Shown: positions 40,584 to 50,105, counted from the first letter of the stretch. The stretch is DNA of 64,000 bases from an uncultured Planctomycetota bacterium (GCA_900696525.1 CAADGL010000004.1:32471-96470); one strand, 5' to 3'. Numbers and translations are program-made. Notes: generated by a model not told the origin, from the letters alone.

Positions 40584-43094
40584 TCACTTCTTCGCCGGCC
40601 GCGGCCAGAAGCGCAGGTCGCCGCTCTGCTGGCTGCGGTCCCAGTCGGCGCCGCCGTTGTCGACGCCGTCCAGGCCGGCGGAGTAGAGCGAGAACTCGCC
40701 GCCGTCGCTGCTGTAGGCGAAGGGCCGGCCGGTGAATGGATCGACCGTCATGTATGAGCCGATGGCGTCGAGCGAAGGCGGATAGGTGCCGTGCTGCTGC
40801 CGGTAGGCCTTTATCATGGCGACGAGGCCGGTGGCGCGGCGTTGCGCTTCGGCCTGTGTCGCGAGCTGGCCGGCGCGCGCCATGCTGGGCAGCAGCGTGG
40901 CGAGCAGCGGGTTGCTCAAGCGGAACGCCGGGTCCTCCAGGCGCTGCTCCAGCTGGCCCCAGGCCGCTGTTCCCTCGGGGTAGGGCAATTGCGAAGCGAC
41001 GGTCATCTCATCGTAGTGCGCGTTGGCGCGGGCGAGGGTCTGCTCGAAGCCGGCGGCGTTGAGCGCCAGCAGCGACCCGATCACGCCGAAGTCGGCCCCG
41101 CCGTCGCTGAGCCCGCTAACGGAGGCGAGCAGTTGCGCGCCGTCAGGGCTGACCTGGTACGAGCCGGTGCTTTCGTCGTAGGTGTAGGCGCGCTGCACCA
41201 CGTCAAGCAGCATCACCCGCTCGAACTGCAACGTCTCCGCCATCGGCCGCAGCGGCCGGTAGCGCTGCTCCAGTTGGTCCGCCAGCGCTGCGTAGTCCAG
41301 CGCGTCGCCGGCGTTTGCGAACGCGTCGAGCACCGCCTCCGAGCCGAGCCGCTGAATCGCGTTGCCCACCAGGTTCTCGATCAGCGTCGGGCCGCGGCTC
41401 TGCTGGGCGCCGGCTTCCAGAACCTGCATGTAGCGGTCCAGCGCCGCCTGCGGCTGGCCCTCGAGCACTTCCAGCCGCTTGCCATCCGCCACCATCGCCT
41501 TCGCGAGCCCGCGCACCGGCGCCAGGTTCGGCAGCAGGATTTCCATGACCATGCCGCTGTCGCTGTGCACCGGCATTCCGCGGTATTCGAGCTTGGTCGC
41601 GCTCGCCAATTGATCCATCGCCGCCCGGTTGGCTTCGAGCCAGGCGGTGACGGCCGCAGAGCTGAGCGCCGCGGGGTCGCCACGGAACGCCGCCGACTCG
41701 AGCGAGCCGTCTTCGTCGGGCAGCGGCACGAACGCCCGGGCCGCCGCCTCGATCAGGGGCGCCGCGCTCGGTCCGTCGGTCGCGGCCTGCTCGTTCATCC
41801 AGGCAATGTAGTCAACCGGCCTGGCGGGATCGGGCATGGGTACGCTGATCCCGGCGGTCGCGCTGACTTCGACAGGGCTGACCGCCTTCAGGACGACCGA
41901 GCCGCTCTCCGCCGAAAATTGAATCTCGAACGCTCCGCCCGACATCGCTTCCGCGGTCGCAACGAACTCCACGCCGCCCAGGATGATCTTGTTCGCGTCA
42001 GGATCCGCTGGTCCCGCCAAGCTCGGCTCGGCCAGTGTTTCGCTCGCGAGCTCGGGCTCGTGCGCCGCTTCCGCCGTCGCTTCGTTGGGCTCGTCCGGCG
42101 AGGCCTCGGCGGCAGCCCGGGCCTTCTCGAGCAGTTCGCGCAGCGCCTCGGGGTCATCGAGCTGGGCGAGCTGCTGCTCGGCGTGCTGCCGCAGGATCTC
42201 CTGCAACATCTCTCGGTCCGAGTCCATCTGGGCGTCGACGTGCTCGGCGATCAGCCGCTCCACGAGCTCCGTCTGCTCCAGGGCCTCGGCGTCGTCGTCG
42301 CCATCGGCAGCGGCGGCGAGGGCGTCGGCCCAGCCTGATTCCTCGTGGGCGGCGACGTGGACGTCGGTGGTCAGCTCCGCCTGCTCCAGGTCGATCCAGA
42401 TTTCACTCTGCGAGCGCAGGCGGATGACGAAGCGGTCGGGACCCGACACGAAGCGGCACTGCGCCCCTTCGAGCCAGACCAGCGCGGCGCCGCGGCGCTC
42501 CACGTGCCGCCGGTCGTCGCCCGCCAGCAGCTCATCCAGCGCGAACTCGCGCCGCAGCGCCCCGCGGGAGTCATAGACCACGACCGCGTGCTGGGCACCG
42601 CCGAGGCGGAAGTCGTCCAGCGTCACCAGCCAGCGGCCGTCGTCGTGAATGAACGCCTGGCCGGGCGCCACGTCGTTCACCAACCGGCCTTCCCAGCGCA
42701 ACCGTCCCGCCCCGCGCGCCTCGCGGTCGATCAGCCGCGCCCGCACGCCCTCAGCCTCGCGCCGGCCGAGCGTCCGGCGGATGACCCCGGGCGTCGCCTG
42801 CGGCTCGCCCATCTGAGGCGCGGCTTGATCGCCCGTTTCGGCGGCGGAGGGCTCGCCGGTTTCCAGATCATCGTCCGGGGGCTCACCTGCGGCCGGCGCA
42901 TCGTCGGCCGGCGCACCGGCGGCCTGGGCCTGGTCCTCGACGGCGCGGGCGGAGCGATCCGGGCGGCCGGCGTCGATCCGAAGCTGGAATCGGCCGTTGG
43001 CGGAGGTGCTCACGCGGAGCGGTCGGTCGCCGGCGGCAGCGACGGGGGCCAGGAGTAAGCCAATCAGGGCCAGGCAGCAAAGGCGGGTCAGCAT
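40584..43094 (-). CDS. Large hypothetical secreted protein
   Basis: Signal peptide MLTRLCCLALIGLLLAPVAAAG, acidic low-complexity linkers and a C-terminal pseudopilin-like tail (YSAGLDGVDNGG). Confidence 0.6.
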   Translation of the reverse strand: MLTRLCCLALIGLLLAPVAAAGDRPLRVSTSANGRFQLRIDAGRPDRSARAVEDQAQAAGAPADDAPAAGEPPDDDLETGEPSAAETGDQAAPQMGEPQATPGVIRRTLGRREAEGVRARLIDREARGAGRLRWEGRLVNDVAPGQAFIHDDGRWLVTLDDFRLGGAQHAVVVYDSRGALRREFALDELLAGDDRRHVERRGAALVWLEGAQCRFVSGPDRFVIRLRSQSEIWIDLEQAELTTDVHVAAHEESGWADALAAAADGDDDAEALEQTELVERLIAEHVDAQMDSDREMLQEILRQHAEQQLAQLDDPEALRELLEKARAAAEASPDEPNEATAEAAHEPELASETLAEPSLAGPADPDANKIILGGVEFVATAEAMSGGAFEIQFSAESGSVVLKAVSPVEVSATAGISVPMPDPARPVDYIAWMNEQAATDGPSAAPLIEAAARAFVPLPDEDGSLESAAFRGDPAALSSAAVTAWLEANRAAMDQLASATKLEYRGMPVHSDSGMVMEILLPNLAPVRGLAKAMVADGKRLEVLEGQPQAALDRYMQVLEAGAQQSRGPTLIENLVGNAIQRLGSEAVLDAFANAGDALDYAALADQLEQRYRPLRPMAETLQFERVMLLDVVQRAYTYDESTGSYQVSPDGAQLLASVSGLSDGGADFGVIGSLLALNAAGFEQTLARANAHYDEMTVASQLPYPEGTAAWGQLEQRLEDPAFRLSNPLLATLLPSMARAGQLATQAEAQRRATGLVAMIKAYRQQHGTYPPSLDAIGSYMTVDPFTGRPFAYSSDGGEFSLYSAGLDGVDNGGADWDRSQQSGDLRFWPRPAKK

Positions 43095-43291
43095 GCGGTG
43101 GACTCCTGCGGTGGGGGAGCGCCAGGGTGTTACCAGCCAAGCCTAGTGTTACTACCGGCTTCCATCGGTGATATTAGCAGCTTCCCTCGGGCAACCGGTA
43201 CAGATTTCGCAAGGATGCCGCGCCAGGCCGGTTCGGACCACGCGCGGGCGTTGGCGCTCTCTTTCGCGAGCGCCAGCGCGGCCTTGAGCGG

Positions 43292-43762
43292 CTACGGCTG
43301 CTTGAATATCTGCTGCGCCCGGCGCTCGCACTCCTCCGGAGTGACGTCCTCGATGTGGGTTGCCAGCGCCCAGCGCTGCCCGAACGGATCCTGAACCTTG
43401 CAGAAGCGGTCGCCCCAGAACATGTCCGCCGGCGCGGCGAGCTGCGTCGCACCCGCGTCGATCGCCCGCTGAAACGCGGCATCCACGTTCTCGACGTAGA
43501 TCAGCAGCGAGCCGCTGGCGCCGCCGAGGGTCTCGGGCGACGGCGTGCCCATTTCGTGCGATTCGTCGGCGAGCATCACGACCGAGTCGCCGATGCGCAT
43601 CTCGGCGTGCATGACGCGGGTGCCGTCGGGCATGTCGAGGCGCAGCAGCAGCTCGGCGCCGAAGGCCCGGGTGTAGAAGTCGATGGCCCGCGCGGCGTGG
43701 CGCACGTGCAGGTAGGGCGTGACGGTGTGATAGCCTTCGGGAATGGGGCGGACCTTGCTCAT
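43292..43762 (-). CDS. VOC-family (glyoxalase/PhnB-like) protein
   Basis: PEGYHTVTPYL.V..A..AIDFY..AFGAE ... MFWGDRFCKVQDPFGQRW pattern typical of PhnB-like VOC proteins. ATG at 43762. Confidence 0.85.
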   Translation of the reverse strand: MSKVRPIPEGYHTVTPYLHVRHAARAIDFYTRAFGAELLLRLDMPDGTRVMHAEMRIGDSVVMLADESHEMGTPSPETLGGASGSLLIYVENVDAAFQRAIDAGATQLAAPADMFWGDRFCKVQDPFGQRWALATHIEDVTPEECERRAQQIFKQP

Positions 43763-43881
43763 CGCACACTCCTTGCGGCGCACAGACGGCTGCCGTTCGG
43801 ATTGTAACGCGATGAGCGATCTGAAGAATCATTTGTGCTGGCGAAGGGGCCCGTCGATCGCCTGATCCGCGTCGCCAGGGT

Positions 43882-44472
43882 CTACACCTCGCGCCGGCCG
43901 CGCAGGGCTTCCTCGAGCATGGCGCGGCTGGCGTACTCGATGTGCGAACCCGGGGCCAGGCCGCGCGCCAGCCGCGTGATGGCCACGCCGGTCCCGGCCA
44001 GCACGCTGCTGACGTGCAGCGCCGTCGCGTCGCCCTCGACCGTCGGATTCGTCGCCAGCACAACCTCTCGTACGCCCCCGCCGCGCACCCGCTGCACGAG
44101 GGCCGCGATCGTGAGGTCGTCCGGGCCGACGCCTTCGAGGGGGGCGATGTGTCCCATGAGCACGTGATAGACGCCGCCGATCAGGCCCGTGCTCTCCAGG
44201 CTGAGGAGGTCCTTGGGCTGCTCGACGACGAAGACCTGGCCGGCGTCGCGGCGCGGATCGGCGCAGATGTGGCACAGCGGGCCTTCGGCCAGGTTGAAGC
44301 AGCGCGAACAGGGCTGGACCTTGTCCTTGATATCCGAGACCGCCGTGGCCAGCGCGAGCGCCTCCTCGCGGCCGGTCTTCAGCAGGTGGAAGGCGATGCG
44401 CTCGGCGGAGCGGGCGCCAATGCCCGGCAGCTTGCGCAGCTCGTCCATCAGTCGTTGAAGCGGTCCGGTCAT
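43882..44472 (-). CDS. recR: Recombination protein RecR
   Basis: LPGIGARSAERIAFHLL helix-hairpin-helix, a C4 zinc finger (CSRCFN...CHIC) and a Toprim domain. Confidence 0.95.
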   Translation of the reverse strand: MTGPLQRLMDELRKLPGIGARSAERIAFHLLKTGREEALALATAVSDIKDKVQPCSRCFNLAEGPLCHICADPRRDAGQVFVVEQPKDLLSLESTGLIGGVYHVLMGHIAPLEGVGPDDLTIAALVQRVRGGGVREVVLATNPTVEGDATALHVSSVLAGTGVAITRLARGLAPGSHIEYASRAMLEEALRGRREV

Positions 44473-44545
44473 TCGGCTCGCCCCGTCGGCCAGCCCGCCG
44501 CACGCGGGAGCGACGTGCAGCCGACCCCAGCGTCGCCGCAGGCCC

Positions 44546-44893
44546 TCACGGCTTGCCGCCTCCGAACATGTCCATGACCGAGCCCAGATTCACCCCGCCG
44601 GTGAGCGCTTCGACTTCCTTCTGGGCGCCCTCGCGACTGAGGCGCACGGCCTCGCGGACGCCGGCGCAGACGAGGTCTTCGATCAGCTCGGTGTCGCCGG
44701 CGCGCACCAGCTCCGGGTCGATGGTGATCGACTGAATCTCACCCTTGCCGTCGACCGTGGCGCGCACCTGGCCGCCGCCCGCCTCGCCGGTGAAGCGCGC
44801 CGCGGCCATGCGCGCCTGCATGTCCTTGAGCCCGTCCTTGATCTGTCCCGCATTGCGCAGCAACTGTGCCAGTTGCCCGAGATTCCCGAACAT
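44546..44893 (-). CDS. ybaB: Nucleoid-associated protein YbaB/EbfC
   Basis: MFGNLGQLAQLLRNAGQIKDGLKDMQ ... GGGQVRATVDGKGE...I.IDPEL. Sits between dnaX and recR, as in many bacteria. Confidence 0.92.
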   Translation of the reverse strand: MFGNLGQLAQLLRNAGQIKDGLKDMQARMAAARFTGEAGGGQVRATVDGKGEIQSITIDPELVRAGDTELIEDLVCAGVREAVRLSREGAQKEVEALTGGVNLGSVMDMFGGGKP

Positions 44894-44895
44894 GC

Positions 44896-46518
44896 TCACC
44901 CTGCTGCCTCCTGCGCCGGCGAAGGCCCCGACGCCGCCTCGCGCCATTCAAAATTCGTCACCGCCCCGTCGAACAACTCCAGAAACTCACGCAGAAACGG
45001 ATCGGACTCCGTCGGCGGCGTCCTCGCCGGCGGCGCTGCAGCCGTCTTCGCGGCAGACCGCCCCGCCGCCACGCGCCGCGCGGCTGGCTCAGGCGCCGGC
45101 TCGAGATCGGGCGGCCCATCGCCGCGTGAACCAGGCGGCGCGGTGCTCGAACTTGACGACGCAACCGCCGCGGCCGCGGCTGTCCGCTTGGCCGGCGCCG
45201 TCGCCGGATGTTCACCCGGCGCCGGCGGCGCCGCGATCGCCAGACCGTCCGGCCGTATGCCCGCGGGAAGCGGCGGTGCGGACGAGGCAGAACCGCCGGC
45301 GGGCGCGTGCGGCTCAGGCCCCGCCGGAGCGGCTAGGGCGCGGGCCTTTTTTTTTTCGTCGCCCACGTCGGGCCCGTCGGCGCCGGCGGGCAGGGCGGCA
45401 AGCAGTTGCTCGATCGCCGCCCACTGCCGCACATGCGCGAGGCGCACGAGCACGGCGTCGGTCAGGGCGCGGCCCGCGCCGCTGAAGCGGACGTTGCGCC
45501 GCAGCTCCTCGAGCATCGCGATCATCTGCACGTAGTGCGACGGCTCGAAACTCGCGCTCAGCGCCGCGTAGTCGTCGCGCGCGGCCGCCGGCACGTCGGC
45601 ATACGGCGCATCCAGGCCGCCGATGCGCACGAGCATGAGGGTGCGGAGCGTCTCGACCAGGTCGGAGCAGAGCTGCTCGACGCCGCGGCCCTGGTTGAGG
45701 ACGGCGTCGGCCGCGGCGAGGACGTCGGCGGCGCGGCCGCCGGCGGCGCCGCGCAGCAACCCGAGCAACTGCTCGTCCTGCGCCGGGGGCAGCATCTCGT
45801 CGAGGGCGGCGGCGGTGAGCATCTGGGCGCTGACCGCCATGAGCTGGTCGAGGATGCTGAGGGCGTCGCGCATCGAGCCGTTGGCAAGACGTGCGATTCG
45901 ACGGAGGACGGCGGGTTCGGCGGAGGCGCCCTCGTCGGCGATGACCGTGGCGAGGCGCGACGCGATGTCCTCCGGCCCGATGTTTCGAAAGACGAAGCGC
46001 TGGCAGCGGCTCTGGATCGTGGCGGGCACCTTCTGGAGCTCGGTCGTCGCGAGGATGAACTTCACGTGCTCCGGGGGCTCTTCGAGCGTCTTGAGCAGCG
46101 CGTTGAACGCCCCGGTGCTCAACATGTGCACTTCGTCGATGATGTAGACCTTGAAACGCGAGCGCGCCGGCCGATAAGCCGTATTCCCGCGCAGCTCGCG
46201 GATGTTGTCCACGCCCGTGTTGCTGGCGGCGTCGATCTCGACCACGTCGATGTCCTGGCCTTCGGCGATCGCACGGCAGGCCTCGCACTCGCAGCAGGGG
46301 TCCGGCGTCGGCCCCGCGGACTTCAGGCAGTTCAGGGCCTTCGCCAGGATGCGCGCCATGCTGGTCTTGCCGACGCCGCGCGTGCCCGTGAACAGGTATC
46401 CGTGGTGAATGCGGCCGAGGCGGATGGCGTTGGCGAGGGTGGTGGCGATCGGCTCCTGGCCGATGACCTCGGAGAAGGTGCGACTGCGGTATTTTCGCGC
46501 GAGTGCGGTGTAGGCCAC
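44896..46518 (-). CDS. dnaX: DNA polymerase III subunit tau/gamma
   Basis: ALARKYRSRTFSEVIGQE, GTRGVGKTS Walker A, zinc module CxxCxxC and IIDEVHMLS. There is no in-frame ATG near the N-terminus, so GTG at 46518 is proposed (start uncertain). Confidence 0.88.
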   Translation of the reverse strand: MAYTALARKYRSRTFSEVIGQEPIATTLANAIRLGRIHHGYLFTGTRGVGKTSMARILAKALNCLKSAGPTPDPCCECEACRAIAEGQDIDVVEIDAASNTGVDNIRELRGNTAYRPARSRFKVYIIDEVHMLSTGAFNALLKTLEEPPEHVKFILATTELQKVPATIQSRCQRFVFRNIGPEDIASRLATVIADEGASAEPAVLRRIARLANGSMRDALSILDQLMAVSAQMLTAAALDEMLPPAQDEQLLGLLRGAAGGRAADVLAAADAVLNQGRGVEQLCSDLVETLRTLMLVRIGGLDAPYADVPAAARDDYAALSASFEPSHYVQMIAMLEELRRNVRFSGAGRALTDAVLVRLAHVRQWAAIEQLLAALPAGADGPDVGDEKKKARALAAPAGPEPHAPAGGSASSAPPLPAGIRPDGLAIAAPPAPGEHPATAPAKRTAAAAAVASSSSSTAPPGSRGDGPPDLEPAPEPAARRVAAGRSAAKTAAAPPARTPPTESDPFLREFLELFDGAVTNFEWREAASGPSPAQEAAG

Positions 46519-46563
46519 GGGTTTCTGCTCGCTTGCCGCCGGTCCGCACCCTGAAGGGTGCGG

Positions 46564-46690
46564 AAAAGTGCCCTGACGCCGGCCAGGTGGTCGATGCACG
46601 TGGGTCGAGCCGGGTGGGCTGCTACCTTCCGATCCTGACCCGTTGTCCGGTCGAGGCACTGCACCGGCCCAACCGTGCCAGGGCACGCGG
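46564..46690 (-). ncRNA. ffs: Signal recognition particle RNA (small, 4.5S-type)
   Basis: The minus strand reads ...GGGUCAGGAUCGGAAGGUAGCAGCCC..., matching the universally conserved helix-8 motif (GUCAGGUCCGGAAGGAAGCAGC in E. coli) with a GGAA tetraloop. The closing helix GUGCCCUG/CAGGGCAC is followed by UUUU. It lies immediately upstream of dnaX, a common arrangement. Confidence 0.75.
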
Positions 46691-47036
46691 GCGATGGTAG
46701 CGGCAACGATCAAGGTGGGCCAGTGGCCGGGCACGAGTCGGACGCTGCATGGGGGACTGGCCGGCCGATCCTCACGCTCTGGCGAACGTGTGGAAGGGCG
46801 GCCACTGGGCCGGGACACCGGGCTGCGCTGATCCTGGCAGCCGGCGGCGAGGGATTGCGGCGGTGCGGGCATGGGACGAAACCGATAAAACAACTTGACT
46901 TTTGGGCGGTAGCGGCCTAGGCTGGGGTCGAAGTTGGCGGTGTTGTTTCGGGCCGTCCAGGCGGCTTGTGTTAAGTCTATTCCTTGCGGGGAATTGCGAT
47001 CAGATCGGGATTTTGGAGGAGACGTAAGGGGACGGC

Positions 47037-47065
47037 TTGACATTTCGGACGGGCCGTCCTATTAT
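47037..47065 (+). promoter_or_regulatory. Sigma70-type promoter of PEP-CTERM gene 1
   Basis: TTGACA (47037-42), a 17-nt spacer, then TATTAT (47060-65), 73 nt upstream of the ATG. Confidence 0.6.
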
Positions 47066-47137
47066 GCCGCCCATCTGAGAGGCATCTCTGTCGCTTGACG
47101 GTCGACGCTCAGAGAGAAGAGGAGAGGAGAACCTAGC

Positions 47138-47866
47138 ATGCATCGCTCCGGCCTGTCCCGTTTTCTTGCGTTGGGTGCGGTCGTTTCAGCGACGGCGTTC
47201 GCTTCCGCGGAAGTCTCGCTAGTGCTGTTCGATTGTCGCGTAGAAAGCTCGCTCGGCAGCTCGAGCTGGCAGTTCATCATCGCCGAGCCGCCCAAGGGCG
47301 ACATCGAGTGGGTGCTGGACTACCCGGTTCAGATGATCGACCCCTTCAACGGCAACCTGATCGCGACGATGGAAAGCGCGAGCGCGACGTACATCGCCGA
47401 TCCGCAGATCAACCTCAATTTCCTGGTGACTGCCGGGGCGGTTGACACGCAGTTCACGATCACGTCGGCGCTGTTGTCGTTCTCGACGATCGACCCGGCG
47501 GACGCCCGGGCCTCGGCGGCGATCACCGTGACAGACAACGACGGCTCCGGCGCGGTGATCAGCGGCGCGCATCCGTCCGGGAGGATCTTCCGGGCGGACT
47601 ACAACGGGGCGGTTCCCGGGGGCGGGTTAGACTTTGCGAACCTGGTGGCCTCGGTGGTCGCGGCGCCTTTCGACACGAACGATGCATTCGAGAACGTTCC
47701 GTTCACGCCGGTCGGCACGCCCGTTTCCAGCATGAGCACGCAGCTCAAGTTCTGGCTGACGGCCAACGACGACGCGAACGGCACGACGAATTTTGAGGTC
47801 ATCCCTGAGCCGGCCACCCTCTCCCTGCTGGGGCTGGCGGTTCTGGGTTTGATCCGCCGCCGCTAG
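47138..47866 (+). CDS. PEP-CTERM-anchored secreted protein
   Basis: Signal peptide. C-terminal VIPEPATLSLLGLAVLGLIRRR (PEP motif, TM segment, basic tail). RBS GGAGAGGAGA. Confidence 0.85.
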   Translation: MHRSGLSRFLALGAVVSATAFASAEVSLVLFDCRVESSLGSSSWQFIIAEPPKGDIEWVLDYPVQMIDPFNGNLIATMESASATYIADPQINLNFLVTAGAVDTQFTITSALLSFSTIDPADARASAAITVTDNDGSGAVISGAHPSGRIFRADYNGAVPGGGLDFANLVASVVAAPFDTNDAFENVPFTPVGTPVSSMSTQLKFWLTANDDANGTTNFEVIPEPATLSLLGLAVLGLIRRR

Positions 47867-47901
47867 CTTTTAACTGTAGCGGGGCGCCAGACTTGTATGT
47901 G

Positions 47902-47938
47902 AACCGGCCGGTCTCCGTCATGGGGCCCGGCCGGTTTT
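47902..47938 (+). terminator. Rho-independent terminator
   Basis: 10-bp stem AACCGGCCGG / CCGGCCGGTT with a 15-nt loop, followed by TT(TT). Confidence 0.7.
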
Positions 47939-47971
47939 CGCTACGACCGTAGGGAAGCTGCGGAAACGCGC

Positions 47972-48000
47972 TTGACTTCGTGCGGGCCGCGGCCTATCAT
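47972..48000 (+). promoter_or_regulatory. Sigma70-type promoter of PEP-CTERM gene 2
   Basis: TTGACT (47972-77), a 17-nt spacer, then TATCAT (47995-48000). The spacer sequence resembles that of the 47037 promoter. Confidence 0.6.
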
Positions 48001-48050
48001 GCGGTCCGCACGTTCGCAGGATGGGAACAACAGCAAAAAGGGAGAGGAGA

Positions 48051-48854
48051 ATGTTGCGAAGGCTTCTTGGGGCGTCCACCCCGGTGGGCGCAGTGGCGGT
48101 GTGTGTCTTGATCACATCCGCCGTCTCGCCGGCCTCGGCCAGCATTTCCAACGTGATATTCAAGGTTCGTGCCGAGAGCTCGCTGGGCGTGGCCGAGCAG
48201 GAGTTCTACTTCGCCGACGGCGCTTATGGTCCGCCCGGAACGTTCAACTGGACTCTTGCGAACTCCGGTGGCTTCACCGACCTGGTTGATCCCAACAACA
48301 ATAACATCATCGCCGCGCTGGAGGACGCCAGCACCACCATCGTCGAGACGCCGGCCCCTGGTGTTCCGTATCGCGTCCGAACCGGCTTCGTTCTCATTGC
48401 CGGTGCCGAAGACACGACGTTCACCATCACGTCGGCCCTGCTGGGCTTTGCGACCGTGGATGCCGCGGACGCCCAGGCGCGAACGTTTGCGAATATCACG
48501 TTGACAGACGGCCCGGGCGGAAACGGCTCGCATCTCGACGGCCTGGCCGACGGCGGCAACGCGGTCTACATCGGCCACTATAACGGCTTGGCTCCCCTCG
48601 GAACGCTCTTCGCCGGCCTGATCGGGGGACTGACGATCAGCCCCGGCGGCGGCAGCGCGTCGGCGAGCGAGGCCCAGCCGCCGGTCGGCTTTACTCCGCT
48701 CGGAGTGGCCGTCTCCAGTCTCAGCAACGGCTGGAAGTTCAGCGTCACGGCCAACGACAATGTCAGCGGCAACGGCACGATGCTCATTCTGCCGGAGCCG
48801 GGCACGTTGGCCCTCGTTGCCCTCGGCCTCTTCGCCGCTCTGCGGCGGCGCTGA
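48051..48854 (+). CDS. PEP-CTERM-anchored secreted protein (paralog)
   Basis: ATG at 48051 is preceded by the same RBS, GGGAGAGGAGA. Signal peptide. C-terminal LILPEPGTLALVALGLFAALRRR. Collinear similarity to the 47138-47866 product (TQFTITSALL.F.T.D.ADA). Confidence 0.85.
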   Translation: MLRRLLGASTPVGAVAVCVLITSAVSPASASISNVIFKVRAESSLGVAEQEFYFADGAYGPPGTFNWTLANSGGFTDLVDPNNNNIIAALEDASTTIVETPAPGVPYRVRTGFVLIAGAEDTTFTITSALLGFATVDAADAQARTFANITLTDGPGGNGSHLDGLADGGNAVYIGHYNGLAPLGTLFAGLIGGLTISPGGGSASASEAQPPVGFTPLGVAVSSLSNGWKFSVTANDNVSGNGTMLILPEPGTLALVALGLFAALRRR

Positions 48855-48897
48855 CGGGACAGCCGCCTGCGGCTGCCCAGGTGAATCCTTCGCAACG

Positions 48898-48928
48898 GAC
48901 CAGCCCTTTGCCGGGCTGGTTCTTTTTT
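48898..48928 (+). terminator. Rho-independent terminator
   Basis: Stem GACCAGCCC / GGGCTGGT(T) with loop TTTGCC, followed by CTTTTTT. Confidence 0.75.
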
Positions 48929-48989
48929 CGCGCCGCGCGCGCGGCCGCCGCCGTGGCGAATCGCTGGACCATCGGTTATCAAGTCCTAC

Positions 48990-50105
48990 ATGGCCGCCGT
49001 CTCGGTCGAATCCGTCCGCAAGCGCTTCGGGCGCGTCTGCGCCCTCGATGGCGTTTCGGTGGACATTCGCTCCGGCGAGCTGTTCTTTCTGCTCGGGCCG
49101 TCCGGGTGCGGCAAGACGACGCTCCTGCGCTGCCTCGCGGGCTTCTACGTTCCGGACGACGGGCGGATCCTCCTGGAGGGGCGCGACGTCACCCGCCTGC
49201 CGCCGCAGCAGCGCGACACCGGCATGGTCTTTCAGAACTACGCGCTCTGGCCGCACATGACGGTCGAGGCCAACGTCGGCTTCGGCCTGGCGGTCCGGCG
49301 CCTGCCGCGCGCCCAGCGCCGGCAGCGCGTCGCCGAAGTGCTCGACCTCGTGCGCATGCGAGAGTTCGCCCGCCGCCGGCCGAGCCAGCTTTCCGGTGGC
49401 CAGCAGCAGCGCGTGGCGCTAGCCCGGGCGCTGGCGGTGCGCCCGCGCTGCCTACTGCTCGACGAGCCGCTGAGCAATCTTGACGCGAAGCTGCGGCTGG
49501 AGATGCGCACGGAGATCCGCCGCATCTGCAAGGACCACGGCCTGACCGCGGTGTACGTCACGCACGATCAGAAGGAGGCGCTGACGATCGCCGACCGGAT
49601 GGCCGTGCTCTTCGCCGGGCACATCGCCCAGATCGGCGCGCCGGCCGAGCTGTACACGCGTCCTGCGACGGCGGCCGTCGCCGATTTCCTGGGCGAGACG
49701 AACTTCGTCCGCGGCCGCGTGCGAGAGATCGCCGATGGCGCCCTGGTGGACACGGCCATTGGCGCCGTGCGCGCGGTGGCGATCGGCGAGCGCGCCCAGG
49801 TCGCTCGCGGCGCGGAGTGCACACTCTCGATACGGCCCGAGGCCTTTGTGCTGGCGGCGCCCGCGCAAGCGGCGGATCGCAACCACGCCGATCGCGCAGA
49901 GCAGGCGGGCGACAGCGGGACGAATCGGATCGCCGGCCACATCGTAGAGCGCGTGTACATGGGGGACGGCGTTCAGTTGACCCTGGATGTCCACGGGGCG
50001 CTGCTGCGGGTCAACGTGGTCGAGCGCGCGGACGTGCGCCGCCTGGAGGTTGGCGACGCGCTGCAAGTCCGCGTCGATCCGCGCGACGTTGTGATTCTCG
50101 GCTAG
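48990..50105 (+). CDS. ABC importer ATPase (PotA/FbpC-like, Fe3+/polyamine type)
   Basis: Walker A GPSGCGKTT, Q-loop, [15 protein letters not shown], Walker B LLLDEPLSNLD and a C-terminal TOBE-like domain. Confidence 0.9.
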   Translation: MAAVSVESVRKRFGRVCALDGVSVDIRSGELFFLLGPSGCGKTTLLRCLAGFYVPDDGRILLEGRDVTRLPPQQRDTGMVFQNYALWPHMTVEANVGFGLAVRRLPRAQRRQRVAEVLDLVRMREFARRRPSQLSGGQQQRVALARALAVRPRCLLLDEPLSNLDAKLRLEMRTEIRRICKDHGLTAVYVTHDQKEALTIADRMAVLFAGHIAQIGAPAELYTRPATAAVADFLGETNFVRGRVREIADGALVDTAIGAVRAVAIGERAQVARGAECTLSIRPEAFVLAAPAQAADRNHADRAEQAGDSGTNRIAGHIVERVYMGDGVQLTLDVHGALLRVNVVERADVRRLEVGDALQVRVDPRDVVILG

